Translations under genes and position numbers: made by a program
NCBI GenBank assembly: GCA_009602725.1
Contig: WELB01000003.1
Location: forward strand, 718,673-782,672
Source: Spirogloea muscicola
Taxonomy: Eukaryota
Direction: 5' to 3'
Length of the DNA stretch: 64,000 bases
The notes under the pieces: model-generated
Seen by the model: the letters and a program-made list of their open reading frames with translations, nothing else
Told to the model about the DNA's origin: nothing
Databases searched by the model: none
Shown: positions 25,330-51,357 of the stretch, piece by piece
Layout of the letters: each line of letters opens with the position of its first letter
Numbering within the stretch: the first letter of the stretch is position 1

Positions 25330-26824
25330 ATGGCTTCCCACTCCTCGCTCGCCGTGCTCCTGCTCTGCCTCTTTGCCTTGATTCATCTCGGGCTGGCCGA
25401 CGACACCATCGACGCCGATACGACGTACTACGGCGGAGCAAATGCAGGAGGCGCACAAGGTACGTAGCCCACTTTCCGGCTCGTAGCTTTCGCCTCCGGT
25501 TGCTGCCCAGGCGTCGCCTTCTTGCTTTGCCTGTGGCACAGTTGCTATACCTGCAGCACCGGTGAAGCGCCGACGCTGCAGACCAAACCTGGCCAAGTCC
25601 TGACGTCCGTGGTTGGGCGAGTGCAGCTGGCGCGTGCGGCTACGGAAACCTCTTCTCGGCGGGCTATGGCACCTCCATCACAGCTGTGAGCACGCCGCTG
25701 TGGAAGGGCGGCGCCGCCTGCGGCGCCTGCTACGAGCTCTCCTGCAAGCCCGGCACGTCAGGCTGCTACAACACCAAGCTCGTCGTCACCGTCACCGACC
25801 AGTGCCCCGACGGCGGCGAGTGGTGCCAGCCCGACAAGGCGCACTTTGACCTCTCCCAGCCAGTATTCGCGCAGCTTGCGCAGATCAGCCTGGGCCACTT
25901 CCCCGTCACGGCCAGGAGGTGAGCTTACGCAAGAGCAGCCCTTCTGTATACAGCCGTCCAGCAGCTGGAAGGTCTCGCCCAGAGCCTGACAGTGATGCTC
26001 ACAGATATGAGCTAGTGACGGCGCCGCGTCACTGCCAGGGCCTCGTCGCTGAGCATGCCCGGCGTCCCGCTTTTTGTTGCAGGGTGAGCTGCCCTCGCTC
26101 GGGTGGTGTGAAAGTCGTTGCGCAAGGCAACTCCAACTGGCTTCTCGTCAAGTTTATGAATGTGGCGGGCGGCGGCACAATAAATGCGGCGTGGGTGAAG
26201 GGCAGCAACTCAGACTGGATCCCAATGAGCTTCAACTGGGGTGTCGGCTACGAGATTACCGGCAATATTCCGCAAGGACCGTACAGCTTTCAATTACGGG
26301 ACTCCTACACAGGTGAGGTCACCCAGCGAGTGTGCCACCACTGTGCTTATCCAGCAGCAAAATAGCTCTGAGCAGTGCAGATGCAGTCAGCCCTCTCCTT
26401 CCTGAGTCGCGGACAACCAGGCCTCCAGGCCTGGCAGTGTGATTCAGTGTTGTAATATAATAAGACACCGAATAGTTGCAGTCTGATGCTACCTTTTAGA
26501 GTGGTGCTCTTTGGTCATTGCTCAGAGGAAAAAGTGGATGTGCTTGCAGGCCAAGTCTTCACTACCGATGCTTGTCTGCCTAGTGGATGGAACGTGGGGC
26601 AGACTTACTCCTGCGACGGCAATGCAAGCCCCATTGGCAGTAGCAGCAAGGGCACATCCAACCCCGCTCCCAACCCCACCCCAGGCCACGTGCCAAAGCC
26701 CAAGCACTACGGCAAGAAGGCAAACCGTGACAACACGCATCGGGCTTTCAACAGCGGTGCCGGGGGGAATCCTGGTGTCAGGGCACTGAAGCCGGGAAGG
26801 AAGTACAAGAAGCCAAAGAACTGA
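25330..26824 (+). CDS. EXPA: Alpha-expansin (EXPA-type) with a basic Pro/Lys-rich C-terminal extension, 4 exons
   Basis: Signal peptide; TYYGG...GACGYGNL...GAACGACYEL...TDQCP...WC...HFDLS; RVSCPRSGG...NVAGGG...WIPMSFNWG...PSGWNVGQTY. Exons 25330-25459, 25628-25918, 26083-26312, 26550-26824. Confidence 0.92.
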
Positions 26825-27959
26825 GTGTTGCGGGCTCGCCAGCCAGCCTTGCCTGAACAGCCCTGCCCATTTTTTGGAGTCCTGCCCCAGGTGCCAGACG
26901 TGCACAACCAAGCCACAGGAGGATGACAGGATTGGCATGTACACTAGTGGGTTGGGCCTCAGCCTTTCTGCTGCCTACATGGAAGCCGACGGCCTTGCCC
27001 TTGTAACTCTGCCCTGCCTGCTGGTTTCGCCAATGGAGCTCGCATACCTGACCCAGCGCAGTGGCTGTACCTGTCAGCCAGTGACATCTGTGTGCACAGA
27101 CAGCTGTGCCCCAGGTGCCACTTGTACAAGACTACCTGAAGAAATCTCTGAGGTGCACCGGCACGAAATCGCTGGTCGGCCCTCGAGACGGCAGAGCCCC
27201 ATTGCAGCAGGTACATCTTCTGCTGACTCCAGCGAAGCTGAAGGAGCAGAAGTGCTACCCTGCTGTTGTGGTTTGTACCAGAATGTGCTTCTCATTAATG
27301 CCACCATTTTAGCAGCCCTTCGTCTGGTGTAGTTGCCGGCGTAAGGCGAGCTTTTGCTCACAGCTGTCACAGTAAAGATGGCCTCTTGCCCATGGTCTGG
27401 TCGGTAGTCCAGCTGTAGTTCCTGCATTAGGCAATCTAGTGTCCTGAGTCAGGAAGCCTGCATTTAGACCGGAGATGAGGGTGGGACCCCCAAAGGGTGG
27501 CATCGACCTGTACCAGTCTGCATGTAGTCAAGATGTAGTCAGAGAGAGATCAGCAGTGCTTCCAGCCCAGCTCGGGATGTTGCATTTAAACTTCAAATTG
27601 ATGAGGCAACCACAATAAATCGCTTGGACGTCCTCTGGATTTGTGGCCTTGCATCCTGTGTGCTTCAAGCCTCATATGTCAAGCCTACTCCCAGTGGCAA
27701 TTAGTTGACCTCAAGCGATGAGGACTCTGTCCAGATCCCATCCATCTGCTAATGGACAACCATGCCTCAAGCTCGAGAGTGTCTCTCATTATTACTTTTG
27801 CACTGGACTTTGCCGGAACAGTGTGCTGGCTAGGCTTACCGTAACACCTATTCCTTTCTGCTTAGTCTTAGGAGGAAATGAGAGACCCACAACTCGTCGA
27901 GCAGGACCGCTTGGCAATGCTTCGACCAAGCGATAAGGCAGTGCGGCGAGGCCGCACAC

Positions 27960-28540
27960 GCCTGGCCCTTCTTAAGCCTTTTTGAGCCTTTTCCTTGTCC
28001 TTAACTTTCTGGGCTGGCTTTTCACAGCCCTCACCCCCTTTGGAAGAGCTCACTCCTTTTTTGTGAGCCTTTTTGTACCTTCCTCTTACCTTCGGGTCGG
28101 CCTCTCGCAGTCTTTGCCTTACCTTGGACTTGCTGTTGCCTTTCTTCCAAACGCGGCAGGCTCTCTCGCCCAGGTGTATCGCATGGGCCTTTCAGTATCG
28201 CTGCAACGGTCAATGGCACACGCCTTGCGTCGGCCGGTCGCGCTTTGGCTGCAGCCACTAGCTAAAGAGAGAAAGACTCTTCCAGTAGAGGGCGATCGCT
28301 GTGATTGGCCATGCCCTGGTAAAAGCATGGACAAAGCTATAGCCAGGGGACCCGCTACCCGGAGACTAGTGTCTCTGACCAACGGCTGCTCAACAGGGAA
28401 TACTGAGCAATAGTGGTTACCTTAAGTCACTGTATGCTTCAACGCTTTTCTGGCCCCCTTCAGGCTTCATTCGTCCTTCTTTCTGGGCTGGTTAATCCAC
28501 AGCCATCGCTGTTCTACTGGAAAGGAGTATTTCTCCCGCC
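27960..28540 (+). mobile_element. CRE-like retroelement 3' fragments, including a degenerate C-terminal coding piece
   Basis: Exact hairpin at 28011-28030. YRMGLSVSLQRSMAHALRR (~28177-28233) resembles LRRRVSACLQRAQANALHQ of ORF 62534-63430. TSVSDQRLLNREY* (28365-28406) precedes a degenerate hairpin at 28485-28504. Confidence 0.7.
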
Positions 28541-29653
28541 CCGAGGGCGCAGCCAGCGGCAATGGGCGATCGGGACAGCAGACCGCCGCGGAGGTTGGGG
28601 CGAGCGGGGCGGAGGACCCGAGTGATGGGGGCATGGCGGCGGAGAGGCGGCTTCCCCTTAAACCCCAATCCCTCGCCGGGCGTCGCCGAGCCGCCGCCAC
28701 AAATCGCGGCGCGGCTTGCGGGTTTACTCTGATCTGACGTGGCATGCTCGCCTCCGTCTCCACGCCGTCAGATCGGTCCCACGCCTGCCCTCCGATCTGA
28801 GGCGAGCCCACCAGCTTTCCTCACCGCCGGATGGGCTGCTCAGACGGGTGGCGCAGATGCACTACCACATCTCAGAACCGGGTTGACCAACAAGGCCCGC
28901 TGAGTGGCCAAGAGTGGCGAAAGAGTTGCCAATAGCTGAACCTGGTTAGCCCTCCATGGAGCCATCCCCGGTGGCCCGCCACGTCAGCGGCCGCTGTGGT
29001 CCCCCGTACGAGCCCGCCGCGCCGCCCCAGTGGATGCACCACGTCCGGTGGGCCGACTTAGCCGTAAGCTGCCGCGGGCTCTGACGGCACAACTAGCGGA
29101 TTCTCGCGGTGGGGGCAGGCGCGGGTTAAGATACGGTGGGAACGGCGGAGCCGCTAAGATCGCGTCAAGTGGGCCCCGCCTCCACGTCCGCTGCAAGCAA
29201 CGACAGTCGGGCCGAACGTTAGGGGGGGTGGCACCGAGACCCCGTCGTCGGAGGCGGTTTCGAGGGAGGCAGCTAGTAACGCGATTATTATGATCAGGGT
29301 GAGGGGGAGAGGCGGCGGGGCAGAGGGAGGCGCCGCAACGAAATCGAGATATCAGGAGCTTCTTGCCCCTGGCCAGCGCCGCCGCCGCCGCCTCCGCCGC
29401 CGCCGCCGCCGCAGCCGCCTCTGAGGACCGCCGCGCCATTAGACTCGCCCTCGCCAGCGTGCCCGCAGTCGGGCTATCGTGCACGCTGCCGGAGAGGCCT
29501 CTCGATGCGGTTCGTGTGACGCGCTGCGCCGGCCTGGTCGCCGCCCCGGGCCGGGAGCGCCGCTGCGATTGCCGGCTTCCCGGCGGCGGCTCACGCGCTG
29601 GCGGATCCTCTTGGCGCTCTGGAGGCGCGGCTGGGCCCAGGCGGGGCTCGGGC

Positions 29654-32600
29654 ATGGAGTGCNCTGTCGCGGCCGCCGGCGGAGCTGGCGCTCCCCCGCG
29701 TCAGCAGCGGCAAGTCGCTGGTGGCCCCCACGCCCGCCGACTTCCGGCCGCGCTTCCGTGACGACGAGCCACGCAAGGGCTGCGACATCCTCGTCGAGGC
29801 GCTCGAGCGCGAGGGCGTCCGCACCGTCTTCGCCTACCCTGGCGGCGCCTCCATGGAGATCCACCAGGTCGCTACTCTCTGCCTCTATCATGCTGGGAGC
29901 CTTCGTTTAGTAATGTTGATCTGTCAGCGGAGTGGCATATTTATCCACTGCACCACTGTTTTAGCTTGTCCAGTTAAACCCCTTGCACAGTTGTTGTGCG
30001 GGTGAGCCAACAGCAGATTGCCACTGCTTAGTGTCTGACAGAGCAAATTCGGATGGTTGCCAGGCCCTGACGAGGTCCACGGCGATCAGGAACATCCTCT
30101 GCCGCCACGAGCAGGGCGAGGTATTCGCTGCGGAGGGGTATGCTAAGGCTTCTGGGCGCGTCGGCTGCTGCATAGCAACATCTGGACCGGGCGCGACCAA
30201 CCTTGTCACTGGCCTTGCTGATGCCCTGCTTGACAGGTGAGTGTTGGTGTCAGCACTGTGTAGCCGTTGAACAAGGCTGCATGCAGGTCTAAGTTTGATC
30301 AAGTGCATGACCAATATGCTGTAGACTATGTACCTGCCAGCAGGTGGGGAGACGGCTTGACATAACTTCGTCACTGGTGCCAGCGTGCCGCTGGTAGCCA
30401 TCACCGGGCAGGTGCCGAGAAGGAACATTGGCACCGATGCCTTCCAGGAGACGCCCATTGTGGAGGTGACGCGCTCGATCACAAAGCACAACTACCTGGT
30501 CATGGACATTGACGACATCCCCAGGATCATCAGGGAGGCATTCTTTTTGGCGGCTTCTGGAAGGCCGGGCCCGGTCCTGGTGGACGTGCCCAAGGACATA
30601 CAGCAGCAGATGGGCGTGCCAGACTGGAACCAACCCATGAAGCTCCAGGTACGGTGGCGCCCAATTATGATATCAAGCCTTTTGAATGGTTGCCTTGCAC
30701 ATTGACTGGAGGTTGCTGTACACCCCGTGTACCAGCTTGTGGACCAGCTACTGCTCTCAGCGTTCAATACTTGTCAGAGACAATGCATTACCCATACCAG
30801 CATGCAATGTTGGGATGCTATGTTGACCAAGTTGTCCACCGTGCTCTGCCAGGCCTACGTACAGCGACTTCCTGGGGCGCCCAGAAGAGAACATGTGCAG
30901 CAGATAGTCCGCTTGCTGAAGACTGCGAAGAAGCCCGTCGTCTACTGTGGAGGGGGGTGTCTGCATGCTGCTGATGAGCTGCGGGAGTTCGTGGCGCTAA
31001 CAGGGATACCTGTTGCCTCCACGCTCATGGGCCTGGGCGCGTACCCACAGGTGTGAAGCCAACCCAGTCAGCCCTATTGATTGGTTGATTGGAGGAGGTC
31101 TTAGCGGAAGTACAGGAGAGCAGATACTACCAAGTATTGCTTGACAGACGTCTATCTTCTTGACAAGCTTCTTGTGGAAGTACTTGCTCTATCATGCAGC
31201 TGTAGCGACTGTTACTTGATTTGATGACCCGACATTGATGGCAATACCCTCATCACTCTGCTCTTGACTAGACGGATTCGCTTTCCCTGGAGATGCTTGG
31301 AATGCATGGGACCGTGTATGCAAATTACGCCATCGACCAGGTGCCTTTAATGGACCATGCTTTTACGTGCTATTTGTTTGTTGTCATCCCAGCTCAAGTG
31401 GATGTTGTTACTAGAAAAGGTGCTGTTAAAGTGCAGTTCCCAGGCAATGCATGATGATGTCTGTTGGACCAATGCCCCCCAAACCTTGTGTCTCCAGGCG
31501 GACTTGCTGCTCGCATTTGGTGTTAGGTTTGATGACCGCGTCACAGGCAAGCTGGAGGCTTTTGCAAGCCGAGCCAGCATTGTGCACATTGATATCGACC
31601 CTGCCGAAATTGGGAAGAACAAGCAGCCCCATGTGTCGCTGTGCGCTGATGTTAAGCCATCCCTTGCACTTCTGAATCAGCTCCTGAAGGATGAGGTAGG
31701 TCTTCTTCCATGTGACAATCGTCTAGCAGTCACATTAATTGCCTTGGTCAGCCCTTTTTTGACGTAGTATCGTGTACTTAATTGACAAAGTATCATTGCT
31801 GTGTCTGTTCAGTGGACCGTGTAGCCAGCCCAGCCCCTTCATGCCAGACTTAGTAAAAACTGATTTTGTGCGCGCCTCTGCACCTTGCCCAGGCTCGTAC
31901 CTTCGACTTCTCCTCGTGGATTGAGGATGTCCAGCAGCAAAAGTCAAAACACCCTATGACGTTTCCCGAGACCAAGGATGACATTCTGCCTCAGCATGCT
32001 ATCCAGACGCTGTACGAGGTGACTGGTGGGAATGCAGTGGTGTCCACAGGGGTGGGGCAGCACCAGATGTGGTCAGCGCAGTGGTATAAATTTAAAGAGC
32101 CCAGGAGGTGGCTCACATCCGGAGGCAAGCTCACCACCTCTGAAGTGTAGCCTTCATCATCCTTAATTAGATTTCTGACAGGTTGCTGTTAGCATCATGT
32201 GCAAGTACGTGAGTAGTGAGGTACTTCACTGTTGTAGGACAACTTCTGTCTTCAGGCAGCACTCATCACCCCCGTCAGTTTTCTTTTGCAGGGCTTGGTG
32301 CAATGGGGTTTGGCCTACCTGCAGCCTTGGGTGCAGCAGCTACCCATCCCGGTATGCCAGTTGTCGACATCGATGGTGATGGCAGCTTCATCATGAATGT
32401 CCAGGTAAGACTTTGATTGCACAGAAGTTAGTCCAGACAGGGTGATACAGGGTGCACTAGCTTGCGCTCTTGACACATATATGTTTCCTAGATAATCTGT
32501 TTATCCTTTGTACTATTGGGTTTAGCAGTCCCTTGTGAAAGCTTCACACAGAGGAGGAAGGGTGTGATTGTAGCAGAAGGATGCCCTTCTTCCCTTGGAC

Positions 32601-33583
32601 TGCTCTTGTGCTTGCAATTTGTAAGGCTTGCAATTGGGGGATTATGTAAGGTGGATTGGTGGTTTTTGACAGGAGCTGGCCACCATCAGGGTGGAGAAGT
32701 TGCCAGTGAAGATAATGATCCTCAACAATCAGCACCTGGGAATGGTCGTTCAGTGGGAGGATCGATTTTACAAGGTCAGCCTTCCCATAACTGCCACTAG
32801 GCTTCAGCATTGCTGCAGAACATTTCTGCTATTACTTTGTTGGCAGTGGACCTTTCTTGTAGTGGTTAAGATGTTTGAGCAGCATCACATTTCTCCTGAT
32901 GCAGTCTTTCAAGTGTTGCTAAATAACTGCTGCAGGCAAATCGGGCTCATACATATCTTGGTGACCCTGAGGATGAGAGTGAGATTTTCCCTGACTTCTG
33001 CAAATTTGCCGAGGCCTGCAAGGTGAGATGAGATAACAAGTCATCATCTGCCAGCTTTCTTTCGTTCTAGTCAAGAGGCGTTGCATTTGCCTTTGCGTAC
33101 TTTTTTGCTTAGATGGGTTGTAATCAGATCACGGCTTTTACACAAAAAGCAGATTGTCCTTGCCCTGAAGGTTGCGTGCTTTCTTGGAAATGCACTTAAG
33201 GTGGTGCAATGCAACCTGGTGATACTGGTATGGGGCGTTTGCATTATGCAGGTGCCTTCGGCCAGGGTCAGCAGCAAGAAGGATCTGCGGGCGGCTATTC
33301 AGCTGATGCTGGACACGCCGGGCCCGTACCTGCTGGATGTCATTGTTCCCCACCAAGTGAGTCCTGGCGCTTGGCATTAGGATTGGTTACTGTCTATCAT
33401 TCCAAGTTGTATTGAGTGTCTAGATATAGAAATGCATCTATGAGTTGTTTTTATGTGCTCCTTTCATGTTGAATCCTCCGACGGCCATGACTGGTGTTGC
33501 AGGAGCACGTGCTGCCCATGATCCCTGGCGGTGGGACTTTCAAGGACATCATTACGGAGGGTGACGGCCGCATCAAGTACTGA
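29654..33583 (+). CDS. ALS: Acetolactate synthase (AHAS) catalytic subunit, plastid-targeted, multi-exon
   Basis: [17 protein letters not shown]...[18 protein letters not shown]...RHEQG...[72 protein letters not shown]...KY* (stop 33581-33583). Start uncertain because of the N at 29663. Confidence 0.96.
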
Positions 33584-35044
33584 GGAGGTCGCTAGGCCCA
33601 AAATAGTAAGGCCGTTGGCATGATTCTTGTATTGGAATCCTCTCTCTTACTTCGCCGACAGTGCAAACAGCCGGGCCTGGTCTGGCTCATTTTTGATGTA
33701 CTTAGCAGGCTTGACAGTTGCAGTGCTCTCCCAGCTACTGAATTGTCTTGCAGCCTTCAATCAAGTTGGGCCCCGAAGTTGCGCCCCCACACGTCAGCTG
33801 TCAGTTGTTTCAAAGGCTTGTGTCATCACATGTCATAGTCCTCATCTTGAGCAGCTGCACCATTTCACAGTGAACAGTGAGAGCAGTGCCGAAGCGGCAT
33901 TTGTCATTCTTTGATGCACCAGCTCAATAGCTACCACTTACCCATGGACTTAAGTATCTTCCAATCTCTCGAGTCCACACACTCAAGTCAGGAGGATAAC
34001 ATCCCAATAGGTGCGTTTCATCAATTAGCTCGCAATGGCCTGTGAATATTGCATATTTTCAGAAAGGCTTAGCAAATCGTGTTTCTGACCAGCCTCTGCC
34101 CTGATACATACCCTATTGAAAGGGCCTATAATCCAAGCGCCCCACTGAATTTTGCAAACAACGTATATCTGCCACCATGCTCATGGGGCATTTGAGAAGG
34201 GGGTCAGAGTAGTAAAAGTAGCAGCACTCAATGGTGATGGGGTCTCCTTAGACTTCACGTAGAGCATGGCATAATTTTGGCCACCAGAGGTACAGATGAC
34301 GGCACAGTGTGAAGGTGGGTACATATGGTGAACGCTTGGTAAGTCGAGGGAGTTTGAAGTACCCACATCAAAAAAGTTTGTGGAGATGCCCTCCAACAGA
34401 AACTTCACTGGGCTTGCCTGGCAGGCGGGCCATACTCTGGCACTGCTGCCGGCTCTGTTGTGGCAAGACCAGGCACGGATGGTCAACAAAGGCCAATAAT
34501 GCGAGGCCAAGACCAGGATCGACTGTGATTTCCTGCAGATACATTGGCATTTGTGCAGGCATTTGGCAGCACATGTACATATCATCACATCCAAGTGGTG
34601 CAAAATGTGCCCGATGCAGGAAAATTGGGGGTGCTGATAGTCACAAAGGCAAGCGGCGCTTTTGCGCACGCAGTGGTACATAAGGCAGATCCTCAGCTAA
34701 GCATAATGAGCGCACGAGCGCCTTGACGAAGAGCATCTTACATTCAGACAGTCCTAGCGCGCCACCGCAACCGAGACTGTTTGGCGCCGCGGCTGGACCG
34801 TAACAGCCACTTAGGAGGCAGGCAGCAGCCACTTACTCACTACGAGCAAGGCCTTTGTCGCGCATGCAAAGCATGGCCCAGCGATGGACCAGAGCACAGT
34901 CAAGCTGCCGGCAGTGTGATGTGCTGGGCCAGTGGCTGGCGCCCAATAAGGTAAGGTCCAACTAGTGACGACCATGACGCGTCTATGCAAGGAGGGTGGG
35001 GGAGCGGCCGGCGAGTCCAACCAGCGGCGCAGCGGTCCTCCTCG

Positions 35045-36452
35045 TCACCTGACGGGCTGCTGGTTGTAGTGCCCCTTCTCCTTCTTCTTGGCGGCGGCAA
35101 GGCGCGACGCGCGAGCGGCAGCCTCGGCGGCTGCGGCCTTCGCCGCTGCATCCGACCCCTTCAACGACTTCTTCTTCTTCAGCAGCGCCAGCCGCTTGAG
35201 CACGTCCGCAGGCTCCAGCGCCCCGCCAGCCTCGTCCTCAGCGCCCTACCCGGTCAAGCGCAAGCAAAGTCATGACAAGGGCCAGCATGCGATGCAAAAA
35301 TGCAACGGGGTGTACATAAGTGCCACAGGCTGCGCAACGTGCCGAGAGTCAAGGTACAGCTGCTGTGGTGTAACTTTCACAAGTTTGTCTCATCCACCTA
35401 GTAATCACCTCGGCGGCGGCGGCGGCGGCAGCCTCGTCCTTGTGGGGCTGCTCCTCCTTGCTGACGCCGCTGTCCTCCTCGCTGCCTTCCGGTGGGGCAG
35501 CGCCACCATCATGGGGCTCCTCCTTGCTCTTCTCCTTCTTCGCCTTGCGCCGCTTGGCGCTCTTGCTCTCCGTAAGCGCGGGGCCCCCGCCGCCCTCTTC
35601 ACCGGCCGGCTGCGCGCCGTTGCTTGCTGGCTCTTCGCCTGCCGCAGCGGCTGCAACTGCAGCCGTCGCCGCTTCCTTTGGGTCCTCTGTCAGAGAGAAG
35701 AGGAAGCAGAGACGACCGTAAGCAAGCTGAGCAGCAGCGGCTCGACACCCGTGCCGCGTCAATGCCTCTAACCTAAGCACCTTGGCACCTCTGCCAAAGG
35801 CAAACTTCATGAGTGAACTGAATTAGCTAGGTACATTGAAGCACTTGGCAAGCCGTGATAGTGCATCCCAAGCTAGTTATACTAAGTGTCACTTAAGGAA
35901 GTACATCAATTGGCAACTGACTGCATGTCCATGCGTTCATCCCACGAAGCAGAAATGGAGATGGGGGAGGTGGGCGCCCACCGTCCTTGGCGAGGCCGAG
36001 CTCGGCCAGCACGGCGTCGAGCTCCGCCAGCTCCTTCTTCTTGATCTCCTTCTTCGAGAGCTGCCGCTCTGGCTCCCGCGGCGCCGGCGGCGGCGCAGGC
36101 GCCGCCTCAGCCTTGGTGCCCGGCGCGAAGGCCACGCCGCCGGCGGCGNNNNNNNNNNNNNNNNNNNNNNNNNNNNNNNNNNNNNNNNNNNNNNNNNNNN
36201 NNNNNNNNNNNNNNNNNNNNNNNNNNNNNNNNNNNNNNNNNNNNNNNNNNNNNNNNNNNNNNNNNNNNNNNNNNNNNNNNNNNNNNNNNNNNNNNNNNNN
36301 NNNNNNNNNNNNNNNNNNNNNNNNNNNNNNNNNCCGCCGCCGCCGTCGTTGCCGCGCCGCTCGGCCTTCTTCCGCGACGGCCGCCGGCGGCCGAGCGCCG
36401 AGAAGATGTTGGTGCTGGCCAGCGGCGGCCCGCCGTCGCCGCCGCCGACCAT
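35045..36452 (-). CDS. Conserved plant Lys/Glu-rich uncharacterised protein (At4g32610/At2g25670-like)
   Basis: MVGGG...STNIFSALG...; ERQLSKKEIKKKELAELDAVLAELG; ESKSAKRRKAKKEK; C-terminus AAAEAAARASRLAAAKKKEKGHYNQQPVR* is characteristic of this family (recognised from memory). Gap at 36149-36333. Confidence 0.8.
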
Positions 36453-36809
36453 CCCTCCTCTTTCCCCCTCCCCTCCCGGATTCCTGCCACGTTGTCGCGC
36501 GGACGGCGGCCCCGGCTCCGGCGCCGGCGAATGCGGCGGCGGATGCGGCGGCGGCAGCGGCGGCGGCGGCGGCGGCGGCCGCCTCTGAGGCTCTTTCCAC
36601 GTCGCCCACCTTCGGGGGGGACCCCGGAACGGCGGGTTAGCGGAGTCCCGTGCCGGTAAGCGGGGCCGGGGCCGCACCTCCGATGAGCCCCATCGGGCGG
36701 CTGAGCAGAGCGCCTGCAAGCGGTTCCGCCGGGCCGACGCCTGGGCCACCCCGAAACCCCAAACCCCCCCTACCTTCCCAAAGGAGCGCGCGCCTCGAGA
36801 AGGGGCTCC

Positions 36810-37760
36810 TCGTTCATTCCTTTGTGGTTTTGGCCTTCTCACAGCCAGTGCCTTACATACTGGCAGAGCCTGTTTCTCTTCCACTAACCCCTGGTTGCGG
36901 CTGCTTACTAGGGGTGCCTGGGGGGCCATCCTCGAGTGAAGGCCATCCTCGAGTGAACTCCTTGCCTTGCTGCGTGCTGTTCGCTGTGCGTATTGTGTGG
37001 ACTCTCGTCGTTCTTTCGTGGGCTGGCCCTCCGCCCCTTTCGTTGCAAGAGAACTTTTGTACTTTCCCTCCTCGAGCTCCTTCACTTTCACAGCCACTTA
37101 TGATTGCGCAGCCATTGCGTCGTGGCCACTTACACAGCCATTGCCCCCTTTTGAGATAGCTTCTATTCACCGCCCCCTTTGAGATGTCCATTCTTTTCGG
37201 GCTGGCTTTGCCAGCCCCTCTTCTCTGTGGGCGAGCACTTTCGTTCTTTGAGATAGCTGCACTCCTTTTGGGCTGGCAATGGCTGTGTAAGTGGCTGGTG
37301 ACAATGGGTGCGCAATTATGAACGGCTGTGAAAGTGAAGGAGCTCGAGGAGGGAAAGTACAAAAGTTCTCTTGCAACGAAAGAAAGGGGTGGAGAGCTGC
37401 TAAAGGCCAGCCCGCGAAAGAACGACGAGAGTCCACAAGAAACGTACAGCCCCTACCTTCTATGGGAGAGCACTTTCCCCTTCGGAGGAGCTCCGTCTTT
37501 CCCTCCTCGAGGTGACGAAAAGAGAAGAAACAGCTCCCTTACAATAAGGCAATGGTTGTGAGAGGCCAGCCCAAGAGAAAGAGAGAAGGCGCGGCCCGCA
37601 TGACATGAAAGGTAGATAGAAAAAGAGACAGGAGAAGAAGAAGCGGCTCTTCCCCAGCGGACAATGGCTTTGGTGGGCCAAGCCCCAGAGGTGCCCAAAG
37701 GTGCTCCAAGTGCCCGAAAGCGCAAAGCACACAGCTATGCAAGTGGCTACCAGGGAGTGA
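36810..37760. mobile_element. Nested cluster of CRE-like retroelement 3' ends with an internal inverted duplication
   Basis: Hairpins at 37199-37217 (+) and 37554-37572 (-), plus several half-hairpins; LRLLTRG codons at 36895-36915; (CTT)n tail at ~37631-37645 (-); arms 36997-37144 and 37266-37436 are inverted copies. Confidence 0.65.
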
Positions 37761-38200
37761 CCACTTATAGCAACACTAGGGAACGCCTGCTCGATAAGCC
37801 CTGGTCAACAGCCGCAAGTGGGTATGACTGGCAGCCTCGAGACACGATTGGACATTGTTAGACGATAAGGAGAGTCAGAGCTTTGCGAGGGGCACTGGCC
37901 ATAGGTGGCCAGCACCAGAAAGACGGCAATAGCCACAGTAGAAGATGGAGCTCCTCCACTGGGGGCGAGCCTTGTGAATGAGGAATAGGGCACCCAAGCC
38001 TACACCCTCTGACCCGCACTGCTTGTGACATAGGAAAGTGACGCAGCACGGCCCCAACGATTGAGCGTGAGGGGCCGGCATGCCAGCAGAGTGACCTTTC
38101 ACATAGGGACTTCACATCACACTGCACACGGACTCTCATGACTAATATATGGAATCGTAAGAATTGATATGAAAAATCTGTCAATGGCATCAAATCAAGC

Positions 38201-51116
<12,916 letters not shown>

Positions 51117-51357
51117 GTCGCCGTATTTGTACGAGCTTCTGTGCCTGTCGTGCAGCTGTGCCGCTCGATGGCCAGACCTAGCAGCGCAAGAGGGTAGGTA
51201 GCACTAGCCAGCGCCAGCAGCACCATGCGTGAGCTCGCGCTCGGATATCCGATCGACTCGGTGGCAAGGCGGTCGGCCAGCCGGTGCCAATTGAGCGGCG
51301 CAGCGGCCCTCCTCCCGGACCCTGCGAGGGGAGCCTGACGGAGCCGCGCGGCAGGCG

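Noticed and set aside
36149..36333. N runs and single Ns within (GCC)n tracts
   Set aside because: Assembly gaps in GC-rich microsatellites, not biological features. They make nearby reading frames uncertain.
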